Notes under the pieces: generated by a model | The model's database searches: none | Seen by the model: only the letters and a program-made list of their open reading frames with translations | Told to the model about the DNA's origin: nothing | Part shown: positions 7,750 through 15,453 of the stretch, in pieces | Layout of the letters: the number at the start of each line of letters is the position of its first letter | How positions within the stretch are numbered: position 1 is the stretch's first letter | Made by a program: the position numbers and the translations under genes | Assembly: GCA_964487805.1 (NCBI GenBank) | Contig: CAZAST010000002.1 | Location: 1 to 37,021, forward strand | Direction of reading: 5' to 3' | From: an uncultured Syntrophaceae bacterium | GTDB taxonomy: Bacteria > Desulfobacterota > Syntrophia > Syntrophales > UBA2210 | DNA: 37,021 nucleotides

Positions 7750-8156
7750 TGATCTATCCCAGGTCCGGGACGAACAAGCCGGTTACATGGCGCCAAATGG
7801 ATCGCCGATTCAAAATAGATATCGCTCTGATTCCCGACTTCGGGATCGCTCCGCGACCATGATGGCTTTCCTGTAGCGTATCCAGGGATTCGATTGATAT
7901 GTATGGAGATGTATCGTGCTCAAGATGGCCCCCCCTGACGTATTCATTCAGAACACTGAAAAGACGAAGATCTGGACCTGCCTTAGAGAGCACGTCATAT
8001 CGGAGGAAATTGGGTGCAGCCGAATCCGCGAGAACTCACGGGAACAGTGATGACATGCAACCGTCCTGTTGTCTGTCGCTTTTTTATCCTGGCAATTCTG
8101 CTTGTCCGGTGGCAGGATTGAAGATATGCACGTAAGAACAATGATGCGGAGGAGCA

Positions 8157-8543
8157 ATGAAGCCAACAATTCTGCGTAGCAGGAGGGAGACAGAATACTA
8201 CACGGACGAGGGGTGTTTTATCCTTGAACTGTCAAATTCAGAAGAAGATGAGGCCGTTTCGATTGCCCGCGCGAGGGTCACTCCGGGCGTTACCACAAAG
8301 CTCCACCGCCTGAGGGGAATAGCGGAGCGATATCTGATCCTCAAGGGGAACGGGCGCGTGGAAGTGGGGGGTCTTCCGCCTGAAGATCTTGTCCCCGGCG
8401 ACGTTGTCCTGATTCCTTCCGATTGCCCGCAGCGGATCACGAACACCGGCACGGAGGACCTGCTCTTCCTGGTCGTCTGCACACCACGCTTTACCCCCGA
8501 GAGATATGAGGAAGTGGAAAAGGCATCGGAAACCGTTAAGTAA
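8157..8543 (+). CDS. cupin-fold protein
   Basis: 128 aa with a single cupin barrel (LHRL...ERYLILKGNGRVEVG...PGDVVLIPSDCPQRITNTG). GGAGG lies 4 nt upstream of the ATG. The canonical His-rich metal motifs look degenerate. Confidence 0.7.
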   Translation: MKPTILRSRRETEYYTDEGCFILELSNSEEDEAVSIARARVTPGVTTKLHRLRGIAERYLILKGNGRVEVGGLPPEDLVPGDVVLIPSDCPQRITNTGTEDLLFLVVCTPRFTPERYEEVEKASETVK

Positions 8544-8573
8544 CAGCCATCTTAACAGAGAGGGTGTGGTATC

Positions 8574-9335
8574 ATGAAACAATCACTCATCGAACAGGGC
8601 CGCTCATTCCTGAAGGACACAGTCCGCAAGGCCGTTGATTTCTCCGCTACCGATCAGAGCCGGGGGATTGATCCTCCTCCTATCGAAAAGCCGTTCGCGG
8701 AAGAGTCGAAACGGATTGATCTCCCCCCGCAGGACGGCGGGCGGGAAACCATCCGCGGGATCGATCTGAGGACGGCGATCCGAAACCGCCGGAGCCGGAG
8801 GACCTACCGGAATGAATCCCTCACCGTCGAGGAGCTTTCATTTCTCCTGTGGGCGACGCAGGGGATCAGCCGGCGGATAGACAATGGGCACGTCTTTCGC
8901 ACCGTTCCTTCGGCGGGGTGCCGCCACGCCATCGAGACATACCTCTGTATCCTGAACGTCGCGGGGGTTGACCGGGGGCTGTATCGGTATCTCCCTCTGG
9001 AGCACCAGCTTCTCCTCGAATGTGGGGACGACCGCTTGGCGCAGCGGATCGTTAAGGCGGCATTCGGTCAGGGCTCTCCTGGAAAGGCTGCGGTCACGTT
9101 CCTCTGGACTGCCGTTCCCTACCGCATGGAGTGGCGCTACGGAGGCGCGGCCCATAAGGTCATAGCGCTTGATGCGGGGCATGTCTGCCAGAATCTCTAT
9201 CTTGCCTGCGAGGCAATCGGGGCGGGGACCTGTGCTATGGCGGCTTATGATCAGGAAGAGATGGACCGGTTCATGGGAGTAGATGGGACCGACGAATTCG
9301 TGATATACATTGCCCCGGTTGGGAAAGTTGCATGA
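8574..9335 (+). CDS. SagB/ThcOx-type nitroreductase-family dehydrogenase
   Basis: 253 aa. The segment RRSRRTYRNESLTVEELSFLLWATQG followed by PSAGCRHAIETY and the C-terminal GAGTCAMAAYD is typical of the SagB-type branch of the nitroreductase fold. Confidence 0.8.
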   Translation: MKQSLIEQGRSFLKDTVRKAVDFSATDQSRGIDPPPIEKPFAEESKRIDLPPQDGGRETIRGIDLRTAIRNRRSRRTYRNESLTVEELSFLLWATQGISRRIDNGHVFRTVPSAGCRHAIETYLCILNVAGVDRGLYRYLPLEHQLLLECGDDRLAQRIVKAAFGQGSPGKAAVTFLWTAVPYRMEWRYGGAAHKVIALDAGHVCQNLYLACEAIGAGTCAMAAYDQEEMDRFMGVDGTDEFVIYIAPVGKVA

Positions 9336-9687
9336 TAAACCCCAAACTCACACTCCACCATGTAAGCTCTGCGTGAGAAGCAGTCAGGACATTACAAAAC
9401 CGCGCGGAGCTTGGAGGCTGGCCGGGGGGAAATGAGATATTATCGTTTATCATGTCGTTGAACCGGGCCTCTCTACCTCATATCAAATCATATGTTACGC
9501 AATTTCTCCTTTGTAAAAAAGGTGGGATCAGGTTCCAGCAGCAACCGATCCTTTTGGTCCGAATTACCACATGGTGGAACCAGCCCGATGCGACCGCCAA
9601 GAAATTGTTTCAACGGCCCTGTCAATTTCAAAAAGATATTTCAAGGTTATCCGAGACTCGACCGATATACTAATACGGAAACATGTT

Positions 9688-10929
9688 ATGGAGAAAGAGC
9701 GGATCGGAAGAATGATATCTCTTAATAATCTGGCGACAACTGAGTTACAGCGGATACGGACGGCTTCAGCGTATCTCTTTTCAGTGGATCACGCGAAGGA
9801 CGATTCTTTCATCGAAAATCTCGATGTTACAACTCTAAAAACAGCATTCAGGATCAAGGCAAGACGTTACCATCCCGATCATCACCTGAGCGCAGAACCA
9901 GCCGAGATTGAAAAGAGAAAAGAGCGGTTTGTGAAAATAGAAGAGGCATATCGGTTGCTGCGCTCACATGTCCCGGAACGGGATTCGTCTCTTGGGGCAG
10001 CAACCAAATCGCGAGCCAGGATCATCGCCGTCGGCGGTGCCAAGGGAGGAATCGGCAAAAGCATATTCAGCGCGAATCTCGCCGTATATCTCGCCAGATG
10101 CGGCAAAAAGACGGTGGTCATCGACCTCGATCTCGGCGGCGCAAATCTTCATCTTTATCTCGGCAAAACATACTTGAAATGGAACATCAATGATTATCTG
10201 AACAAACGAACATCTACCCTTGAGGACATACTCGTACCGACTGAGTATGGACCATCACTGATAGGCGGCGACAGCTCTCAACTGGGAGCGGCAAACATTG
10301 TCTTTACCCGGAAACTCAAACTGATGGGAGCAATAAAGGAACTGAAAGCCGATCATATCATCCTGGATCTGGGTGGTGACACCTCATTCAATGTCATTGA
10401 CTTCTTCCTCATGGCGGATCAGGGCATCGTCCTGACAACCTGCGATCCCGCATCGTATCTCGATGCCTATAATTTTATCAAGGTCGCACTTTTCAGAAAA
10501 CTAGGCAGGATCTTCGGGGCCGAATCGGAAGTGAGCGACAGGAAAGATATTCAACTGGAAGAGTTGATCGCAACATTCACGAAGTCACCGGGTGATTCAC
10601 AATTCACGCGAATCGATCAATTCATGACAGAGGTACACAAAAATTATCCTCAACATGTCGGGCTGCTCCAGAGTGTCATCAGCGACTTCAAACCAAGGAT
10701 CCTTGTCAACCGGGTGAGCAATCGATGCGATGCCTCCCGGGTGGTGAAACGTCTGCAGGATGTCTCAAAAAAAATCCTTTCGATAAATCTGCCGTATCTT
10801 GGATCACTCCCTCAGCAAGCCGAGATAGAAGCGAGCGCCCGAAATCTTATTCCCATGATGACCTCTCATCCCCATGGCATGTTCGCCCAGACCATGCAGG
10901 TCCTGACGAACAGCTTGATCAGATTATAG
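9688..10929 (+). CDS. J-domain / MinD-ParA-type P-loop ATPase fusion protein
   Basis: The J-domain core is KTAFRIKARRYHPDHH...KIEEAYRLL, with HPD at 9871-9879. It is followed by a deviant Walker A, GGAKGGIGKS (KGGIGKS at 10042-10062), and VVIDLDLGGANLH. The track ORF begins at 9571. The in-frame ATG at 9688 (MEKERIG) is the first one after the candidate promoter, and 9712 is an alternative start. Confidence 0.8.
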   Translation: MEKERIGRMISLNNLATTELQRIRTASAYLFSVDHAKDDSFIENLDVTTLKTAFRIKARRYHPDHHLSAEPAEIEKRKERFVKIEEAYRLLRSHVPERDSSLGAATKSRARIIAVGGAKGGIGKSIFSANLAVYLARCGKKTVVIDLDLGGANLHLYLGKTYLKWNINDYLNKRTSTLEDILVPTEYGPSLIGGDSSQLGAANIVFTRKLKLMGAIKELKADHIILDLGGDTSFNVIDFFLMADQGIVLTTCDPASYLDAYNFIKVALFRKLGRIFGAESEVSDRKDIQLEELIATFTKSPGDSQFTRIDQFMTEVHKNYPQHVGLLQSVISDFKPRILVNRVSNRCDASRVVKRLQDVSKKILSINLPYLGSLPQQAEIEASARNLIPMMTSHPHGMFAQTMQVLTNSLIRL

Positions 10930-11151
10930 AGAGTGTCATTACCCTTCCAAAGAAAATAAGGATTGACATGCCATCGCGCCTTTCCTGATATTCCTTCGCA
11001 TACAGGCGCTAAACCCCTTGGAATATTTGTTTATCAGCGTATTTGCGCCGTTCGTGATTCACCTCGCGTCGGTCGGGAAAGTCATTCAATCAATCTGAAC
11101 GATTTTTTGTTTGAAGATTACTCGGGGTATGGCGGGAAACGGATTTGTTGG

Positions 11152-11166
11152 TACATATTTGTAGAA
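11152..11166. promoter_or_regulatory. second copy of the candidate enhancer element TACATATTTGTAGAA
   Basis: Identical 15-mer to 3761-3775. Its palindrome centre lies 104 bp upstream of the -24 GG of the glnN sigma-54 promoter. Confidence 0.45.
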
Positions 11167-11259
11167 AATTATCTTTGCTCTGACAGATTTGTTCTGTTAA
11201 GAACTGATCCGTAGGGTGGACGCATGTGTAACTATCCTATATGTTTGGAAATGGCCCTG

Positions 11260-11275
11260 TGGTACAGCTCTTGCG
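11260..11275 (+). promoter_or_regulatory. sigma-54 (-24/-12) promoter of glnN
   Basis: TGGTAC-AGCTC-TTGCG has correct GG/GC spacing and one mismatch in the -24 hexamer. The predicted start site is near 11286, about 60 nt before the ATG at 11346. Confidence 0.65.
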
Positions 11276-11345
11276 TATTTTTCAGTTGAAGAAAAGACCT
11301 GAATGGTGTCAAGCAAGAAGAATCTGATAAGCGATGGAGGGGTTA

Positions 11346-13445
11346 ATGATGAATGTGACGGAGATTTTTGGTTCGAATGTATTTAACGCCAAGGTAATGA
11401 AGCAACGCCTCCCTAAGGACATCTGCAAGGCCTTGAAGGGGACCATTGAAAACGGAACTCCGCTGAGGCCCGACATTGCCGATGTGGTCGCTAATGCCAT
11501 GAAGGATTGGGCGATTGAAAAAGGGGCGACGCATTACACACACTGGTTTCAGCCCCTGACCGGGTTTACCGCCGAGAAGCACGATTCCTTCATCTCAGCG
11601 ACTGCCGACGGAAGCTGCATCACGGAATTTTCGGGTAGACAGCTGATACAAGGCGAGCCGGACGCTTCATCCTTTCCGAGTGGTGGGTTGCGCGCCACAT
11701 TCGAGGCCCGGGGGTATACGGCATGGGACTGCACCTCTCCCGCTTTTCTGAAAACCGACGAGAGCGGCACCGTTACCCTGACGATTCCGACGGCTTTCTA
11801 TTCATATTATGGAGAGGCGCTGGACAAGAAAACCCCTTTGCTTCGGTCCATGGCGGCTGTCTCGAAGCAGGCGCTACGGGTCCTTCGGGCGCTGGGTAAC
11901 ACCACCGCCACTCGGGTTGTGCCCACTGTCGGCCCTGAACAGGAGTATTTTCTGGTGGACAAGGAGTTCTACCTTGAGCGTCTTGACCTGATGCTAACCG
12001 GCCGGACACTTTTCGGCGCTCCCGCCCCCAAAGGGCAGGAGTTGGAAGATCAGTACTTTGGCGCCATCAAGGACCGAATTTCCTCGTATATGCATGACTT
12101 GAATATCGAACTCTGGAAAATGGGAATCACTTCCAAAACGCAACACAACGAAGTCGCCCCAGCGCAGTACGAGATGGCTCCTATCTTCGCGACTACGAAT
12201 ATCGCAACCGACCATAATCAGTTGGTTATGGAAACAATGCAGAAGGTCGCGCTCCGGCACGGTCTGGTCTGCCTGCTCCATGAGAAGCCCTATGCCGGCA
12301 TCAACGGTTCGGGGAAGCACAACAACTGGTCCCTCTCCACAAGCGATGGCATCAACCTGCTTGATCCGGGGGCTACGGCGAGCGAAAATGTTCAGTTCCT
12401 CCTTTTTCTGAGCGCTATGATCAAGGCGGTCGATACCCACGCCGACATCCTGCGGGCCACCTGCGCCACGGCAGGGAATGATCACCGTCTGGGCGCTAAT
12501 GAAGCCCCCCCGGCCATCGTCTCCATTTTCATGGGTGAGGAACTGACAGAGATTTTGGAGAAGATTGCAAAGGGAGAAAAGCTCTCCACAAGGGATCCGC
12601 AGGTCCTGCGTGTGGGCGTCGACACGCTCCCCGCGATCCCCAGGGACAATACCGATCGCAACCGAACTTCCCCCTTCGCCTTTACCGGCAACAAATTCGA
12701 GTTCCGCATGGTCGGATCGGCTCAGTCGATTGCCGGGGTGAATGTGGCGCTGAACACCATCGCCGCCGAGACCCTCGACGAGATAGCCACCCGCCTGGAA
12801 AAGGCCAAGGATAAGAATGCCGAAGTCGGCGCGATCATCCGGGACATCTACAAGAAACACAATCGTATTCTCTTCAACGGCAACAATTACTCCGACGCTT
12901 GGGTTAAAGAGGCTGCAAAGCGATGTCTTGCCAACACCGGCAACTGCGTGGATGGTCTGAAGGCCTTCGTGACACCCAAAGCCCTCAAACTCTTTGAGAA
13001 GTATGCGGTTCTTTCGCCCAAGGAGCTGCACTCGCGTTACGAAACCTATGTCGAGATCTACGCCAAACAGATCAACATCGAGGCGATGACGGCGATCGAC
13101 ATGGCAAAAAGACAGTTTATTCCCGCTGGGATCGAGTATGTTACCTTCCTGTCTGATTCCATCGCGAGCCTCAAGGGGGCATCTTTTCACGCCCCGGTCC
13201 AGAAAGATCTTTTAAACAAGGTAAGCTCCTCCCTCGCGTCCGTCTACAAGAATGTGGCAAAGCTTGAGGGGGCGACGGCACGGGCGCGGAAGATCTCAGA
13301 TACCGTCAAACAGGCCGAGGCTTACCGTGATAAGGTTTTCCCGATCATCCAGGCCCTGCGTGTGGATATCGACGCGCTGGAGCTGCTAGTTCCCGCGGAT
13401 CTGTGGCCCGTTCCGACGTACGCCGATCTGCTTTTTAAACTGTAA
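11346..13445 (+). CDS. glnN: glutamine synthetase type III
   Basis: About 700 aa. The N-terminus [30 protein letters not shown] and the overall length fit GSIII. The track start is 11334, and the ATG at 11346 has GGAGG 4-5 nt upstream. Confidence 0.9.
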   Translation: MMNVTEIFGSNVFNAKVMKQRLPKDICKALKGTIENGTPLRPDIADVVANAMKDWAIEKGATHYTHWFQPLTGFTAEKHDSFISATADGSCITEFSGRQLIQGEPDASSFPSGGLRATFEARGYTAWDCTSPAFLKTDESGTVTLTIPTAFYSYYGEALDKKTPLLRSMAAVSKQALRVLRALGNTTATRVVPTVGPEQEYFLVDKEFYLERLDLMLTGRTLFGAPAPKGQELEDQYFGAIKDRISSYMHDLNIELWKMGITSKTQHNEVAPAQYEMAPIFATTNIATDHNQLVMETMQKVALRHGLVCLLHEKPYAGINGSGKHNNWSLSTSDGINLLDPGATASENVQFLLFLSAMIKAVDTHADILRATCATAGNDHRLGANEAPPAIVSIFMGEELTEILEKIAKGEKLSTRDPQVLRVGVDTLPAIPRDNTDRNRTSPFAFTGNKFEFRMVGSAQSIAGVNVALNTIAAETLDEIATRLEKAKDKNAEVGAIIRDIYKKHNRILFNGNNYSDAWVKEAAKRCLANTGNCVDGLKAFVTPKALKLFEKYAVLSPKELHSRYETYVEIYAKQINIEAMTAIDMAKRQFIPAGIEYVTFLSDSIASLKGASFHAPVQKDLLNKVSSSLASVYKNVAKLEGATARARKISDTVKQAEAYRDKVFPIIQALRVDIDALELLVPADLWPVPTYADLLFKL

Positions 13446-13469
13446 TTGTATGTCCTTTTCATTCAATCG

Positions 13470-13506
13470 AGAGGGCCGGTTCTGAAAAGCCGGCCCTCTT
13501 TTTGTT
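13470..13506 (+). terminator. rho-independent terminator of glnN
   Basis: Perfect 10 bp stem AGAGGGCCGG / CCGGCCCTCT (13470-13479 and 13490-13499) with a 10 nt loop, followed by TTTTTGTT. Confidence 0.8.
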
Positions 13507-13718
13507 GTGTGCAAGAACCGGGTTTATCGGACATGCGAGAATCCATTGGATACGTCGAACTGATTCTACCTTGACAAAACCTCGTAATAGGATTAGTAGA
13601 ACCACCTTTTGAGGATCATGAGTGTATCAGATATATTTCTGAAGAGCCGTAACGTGGTTTATCTCATGATCCGGAAGCCCTATTTCTCAAAATGATCAGA
13701 TAAAAAGGAGTACAATCG

Positions 13719-15056
13719 ATGGAGCGTTTGAACCGAGCAAAATATCTGGAGAAGCTGAGAACCGCTGAAGACGTAGCGCGGATGATCAAGTCCGGCGACG
13801 AGATCTTCTTTTCCGAATTTGTCCTGAGGCCTGAAGCATTTGATGAAGCCCTCGCCGATCGAGCCGAAGAACTGAAAGATGTTAAAATTGAGGGAGTCTG
13901 TCTCACCAAGATTCCTCGTTTTATTGAGGCGGATCCGAAACGGCAGCACTTTATTTATAATGATTGGCATTTTTCCGGTGTAAGCAGAAAACTGTACCAG
14001 CAGGGATTGTGCAGTTACGTTCCCTTTACCTATCACCAGGGTCCCAGAGTCATCAGAAAATATAAGAATTACGATTTCGTTGTTGTCAGTGCCAGGCCTA
14101 TGGACGGACAGGGGTATTTCAATTATGGCATGTCCAACTCCCTTACTTCCGCTGCCATTACGAAAGCCAAAAAGATCGTCGTGGAGATCAACGAAAACAT
14201 GCCCCATTGTCTTGGGGGAAATCAGGAATCGGTTCATGTATCACGGGTCGACTATATAATAGAGGGCCACAATCAGCCGATTATGGAACTTCCCCCCTCT
14301 AAACCCTCGGAAACGGATGCTCAAATCGCGCAGAACATCATGCAGGAAATCGAGGACGGCTCCTGCCTCCAACTCGGTATCGGCGGTCTGCCCAATGTTA
14401 TCGGATCCATGATTGCCGACAGCGATCTGCAAGACCTGGGTATTCACACGGAAATGCTCGTTGATTCAATGGTTGATCTGTACGATCTGGGAAAGATCAC
14501 GGGGAACCAGAAGAAGATGGATCGTTTCAAGATGGTCTATACCTTTGCCATGGGGACAAAGAAGCTCTATGAATTCCTCCACAACAATCCCGCCTGCGCC
14601 TCGTACCCTGTAAACTATACCAACAATCCCCGGGTTATTGCCGCAAACGACAAAGTGGTGGCCATCAATAACGCTATCGAAGTGGATCTGTTCAGCCAGG
14701 TGTGCTCAGAATCTGTCGGGACCACCCAGATTTCCGGAACAGGCGGTCAGTTTGATTTCATTTTCGGCGCTTTTAATTCGCGTGGAGGAAAAGGCATTAT
14801 CGGCTTAAGCTCTACATTTACGGACAAAGATGGAGTAGTGCATTCCCGTATCGTTCCCACGCTCCAGCCGGGTTCTATCGTAACCGTTCCCCGTTCATGC
14901 GTTCAATTTATCGCCACAGAGTTTGGAATCGTTCAGCTCAAGGGAAAATCGACGTGGGAACGAGCGGAGGCGCTCATAGGCATTGCTCACCCTATGTTCC
15001 GAGATGAACTGACAAAGCAGGCAAGGGAGATGAAAATCTGGCTGGATCACAATTAA
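13719..15056 (+). CDS. acetyl-CoA hydrolase/transferase family enzyme, butyryl-CoA:acetate CoA-transferase-like
   Basis: 445 aa. It has long stretches I recognise from butyrate-producer CoA-transferases: EINENMPHCLGG, CLQLGIGGLPNVIGS, DLGIHTEMLVDS, QISGTGGQFDF, and WERAEALIGIAHPMFRDEL. AAGGAG lies upstream of the ATG. Confidence 0.85.
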   Translation: MERLNRAKYLEKLRTAEDVARMIKSGDEIFFSEFVLRPEAFDEALADRAEELKDVKIEGVCLTKIPRFIEADPKRQHFIYNDWHFSGVSRKLYQQGLCSYVPFTYHQGPRVIRKYKNYDFVVVSARPMDGQGYFNYGMSNSLTSAAITKAKKIVVEINENMPHCLGGNQESVHVSRVDYIIEGHNQPIMELPPSKPSETDAQIAQNIMQEIEDGSCLQLGIGGLPNVIGSMIADSDLQDLGIHTEMLVDSMVDLYDLGKITGNQKKMDRFKMVYTFAMGTKKLYEFLHNNPACASYPVNYTNNPRVIAANDKVVAINNAIEVDLFSQVCSESVGTTQISGTGGQFDFIFGAFNSRGGKGIIGLSSTFTDKDGVVHSRIVPTLQPGSIVTVPRSCVQFIATEFGIVQLKGKSTWERAEALIGIAHPMFRDELTKQAREMKIWLDHN

Positions 15057-15257
15057 AATATAATACCACGGGAATACATTTGAAACAATCGCTGATGAAA
15101 CCGGCAAGCCTGTTTCAAGTCACAGTCTTATATGCCGACCCCATGACGGGAATGAAATAAACCCGGCCATTATACGGATCGATCGAGTTTACATTGTTCA
15201 GCTTGACAATCGCGTTGAGCTGTGTTTCTATAGCAGAAAGTGTCCGGTGAGAATATC

Positions 15258-15329
15258 ATGATGATACATGCGGAAATGGTCGAAAATATGTGCTGGTGGC
15301 GGCGGGTCCATAAAAATCTGACCACGTAG
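15258..15329 (+). CDS. candidate trp leader peptide (23 aa, [23 protein letters not shown])
   Basis: Small ORF found by eye; it is below the size cut-off of the ORF track. It has tandem Trp codons TGG TGG at 15294-15299 followed by CGG CGG, comparable to E. coli TrpL ...GWWRTS. GGTGAG lies 6 nt upstream of the ATG. It is followed directly by terminator hairpins and then trpB2. Confidence 0.6.
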   Translation: MMIHAEMVENMCWWRRVHKNLTT

Positions 15330-15348
15330 CCGCCGAAACATCTACCGG

Positions 15349-15383
15349 CCGTGGGCGGAAGGTCCCACGGTTTTTTGTTTTTT
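15349..15383 (+). terminator. attenuator terminator 1
   Basis: CCGTGGG / CCCACGG 7 bp stem (15349-15355 and 15364-15370) with an 8 nt loop, followed by TTTTTTGTTTTTT. Confidence 0.65.
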
Positions 15384-15384
15384 C

Positions 15385-15420
15385 ACACGCCATGAGGTCT
15401 TCTCATGGCGTGTTTTTTTT
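15385..15420 (+). terminator. terminator 2, directly upstream of the trpB2 ribosome-binding site
   Basis: Perfect 12 bp stem ACACGCCATGAG / CTCATGGCGTGT (15385-15396 and 15402-15413) with a 5 nt loop and a T8 run ending at 15420. The trpB2 Shine-Dalgarno AGGAGG follows about 20 nt later. Confidence 0.7.
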
Positions 15421-15453
15421 GGAAGATCAATTGCGAACAGGAGGAGTGATCAT

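Noticed and set aside
7754-7993. 79-aa minus-strand ORF (GTG start) in the UDG-cupin gap
   Set aside because: It has no Shine-Dalgarno sequence and no recognisable motif. It overlaps an equally weak plus-strand ORF. I treated it as part of an unexplained gap rather than as a gene.
8574-9335. A thiazole/oxazole-modified microcin (TOMM) gene cluster, inferred from the SagB-type dehydrogenase
   Set aside because: There is no YcaO or cyclodehydratase, docking protein, protease or transporter anywhere in the window. Stand-alone SagB-like nitroreductases are common. I kept only the speculative mini-ORF observation.
11994-13190. 398-aa minus-strand ORF
   Set aside because: It is antisense to glnN, has no recognisable motifs, and is a shadow ORF.
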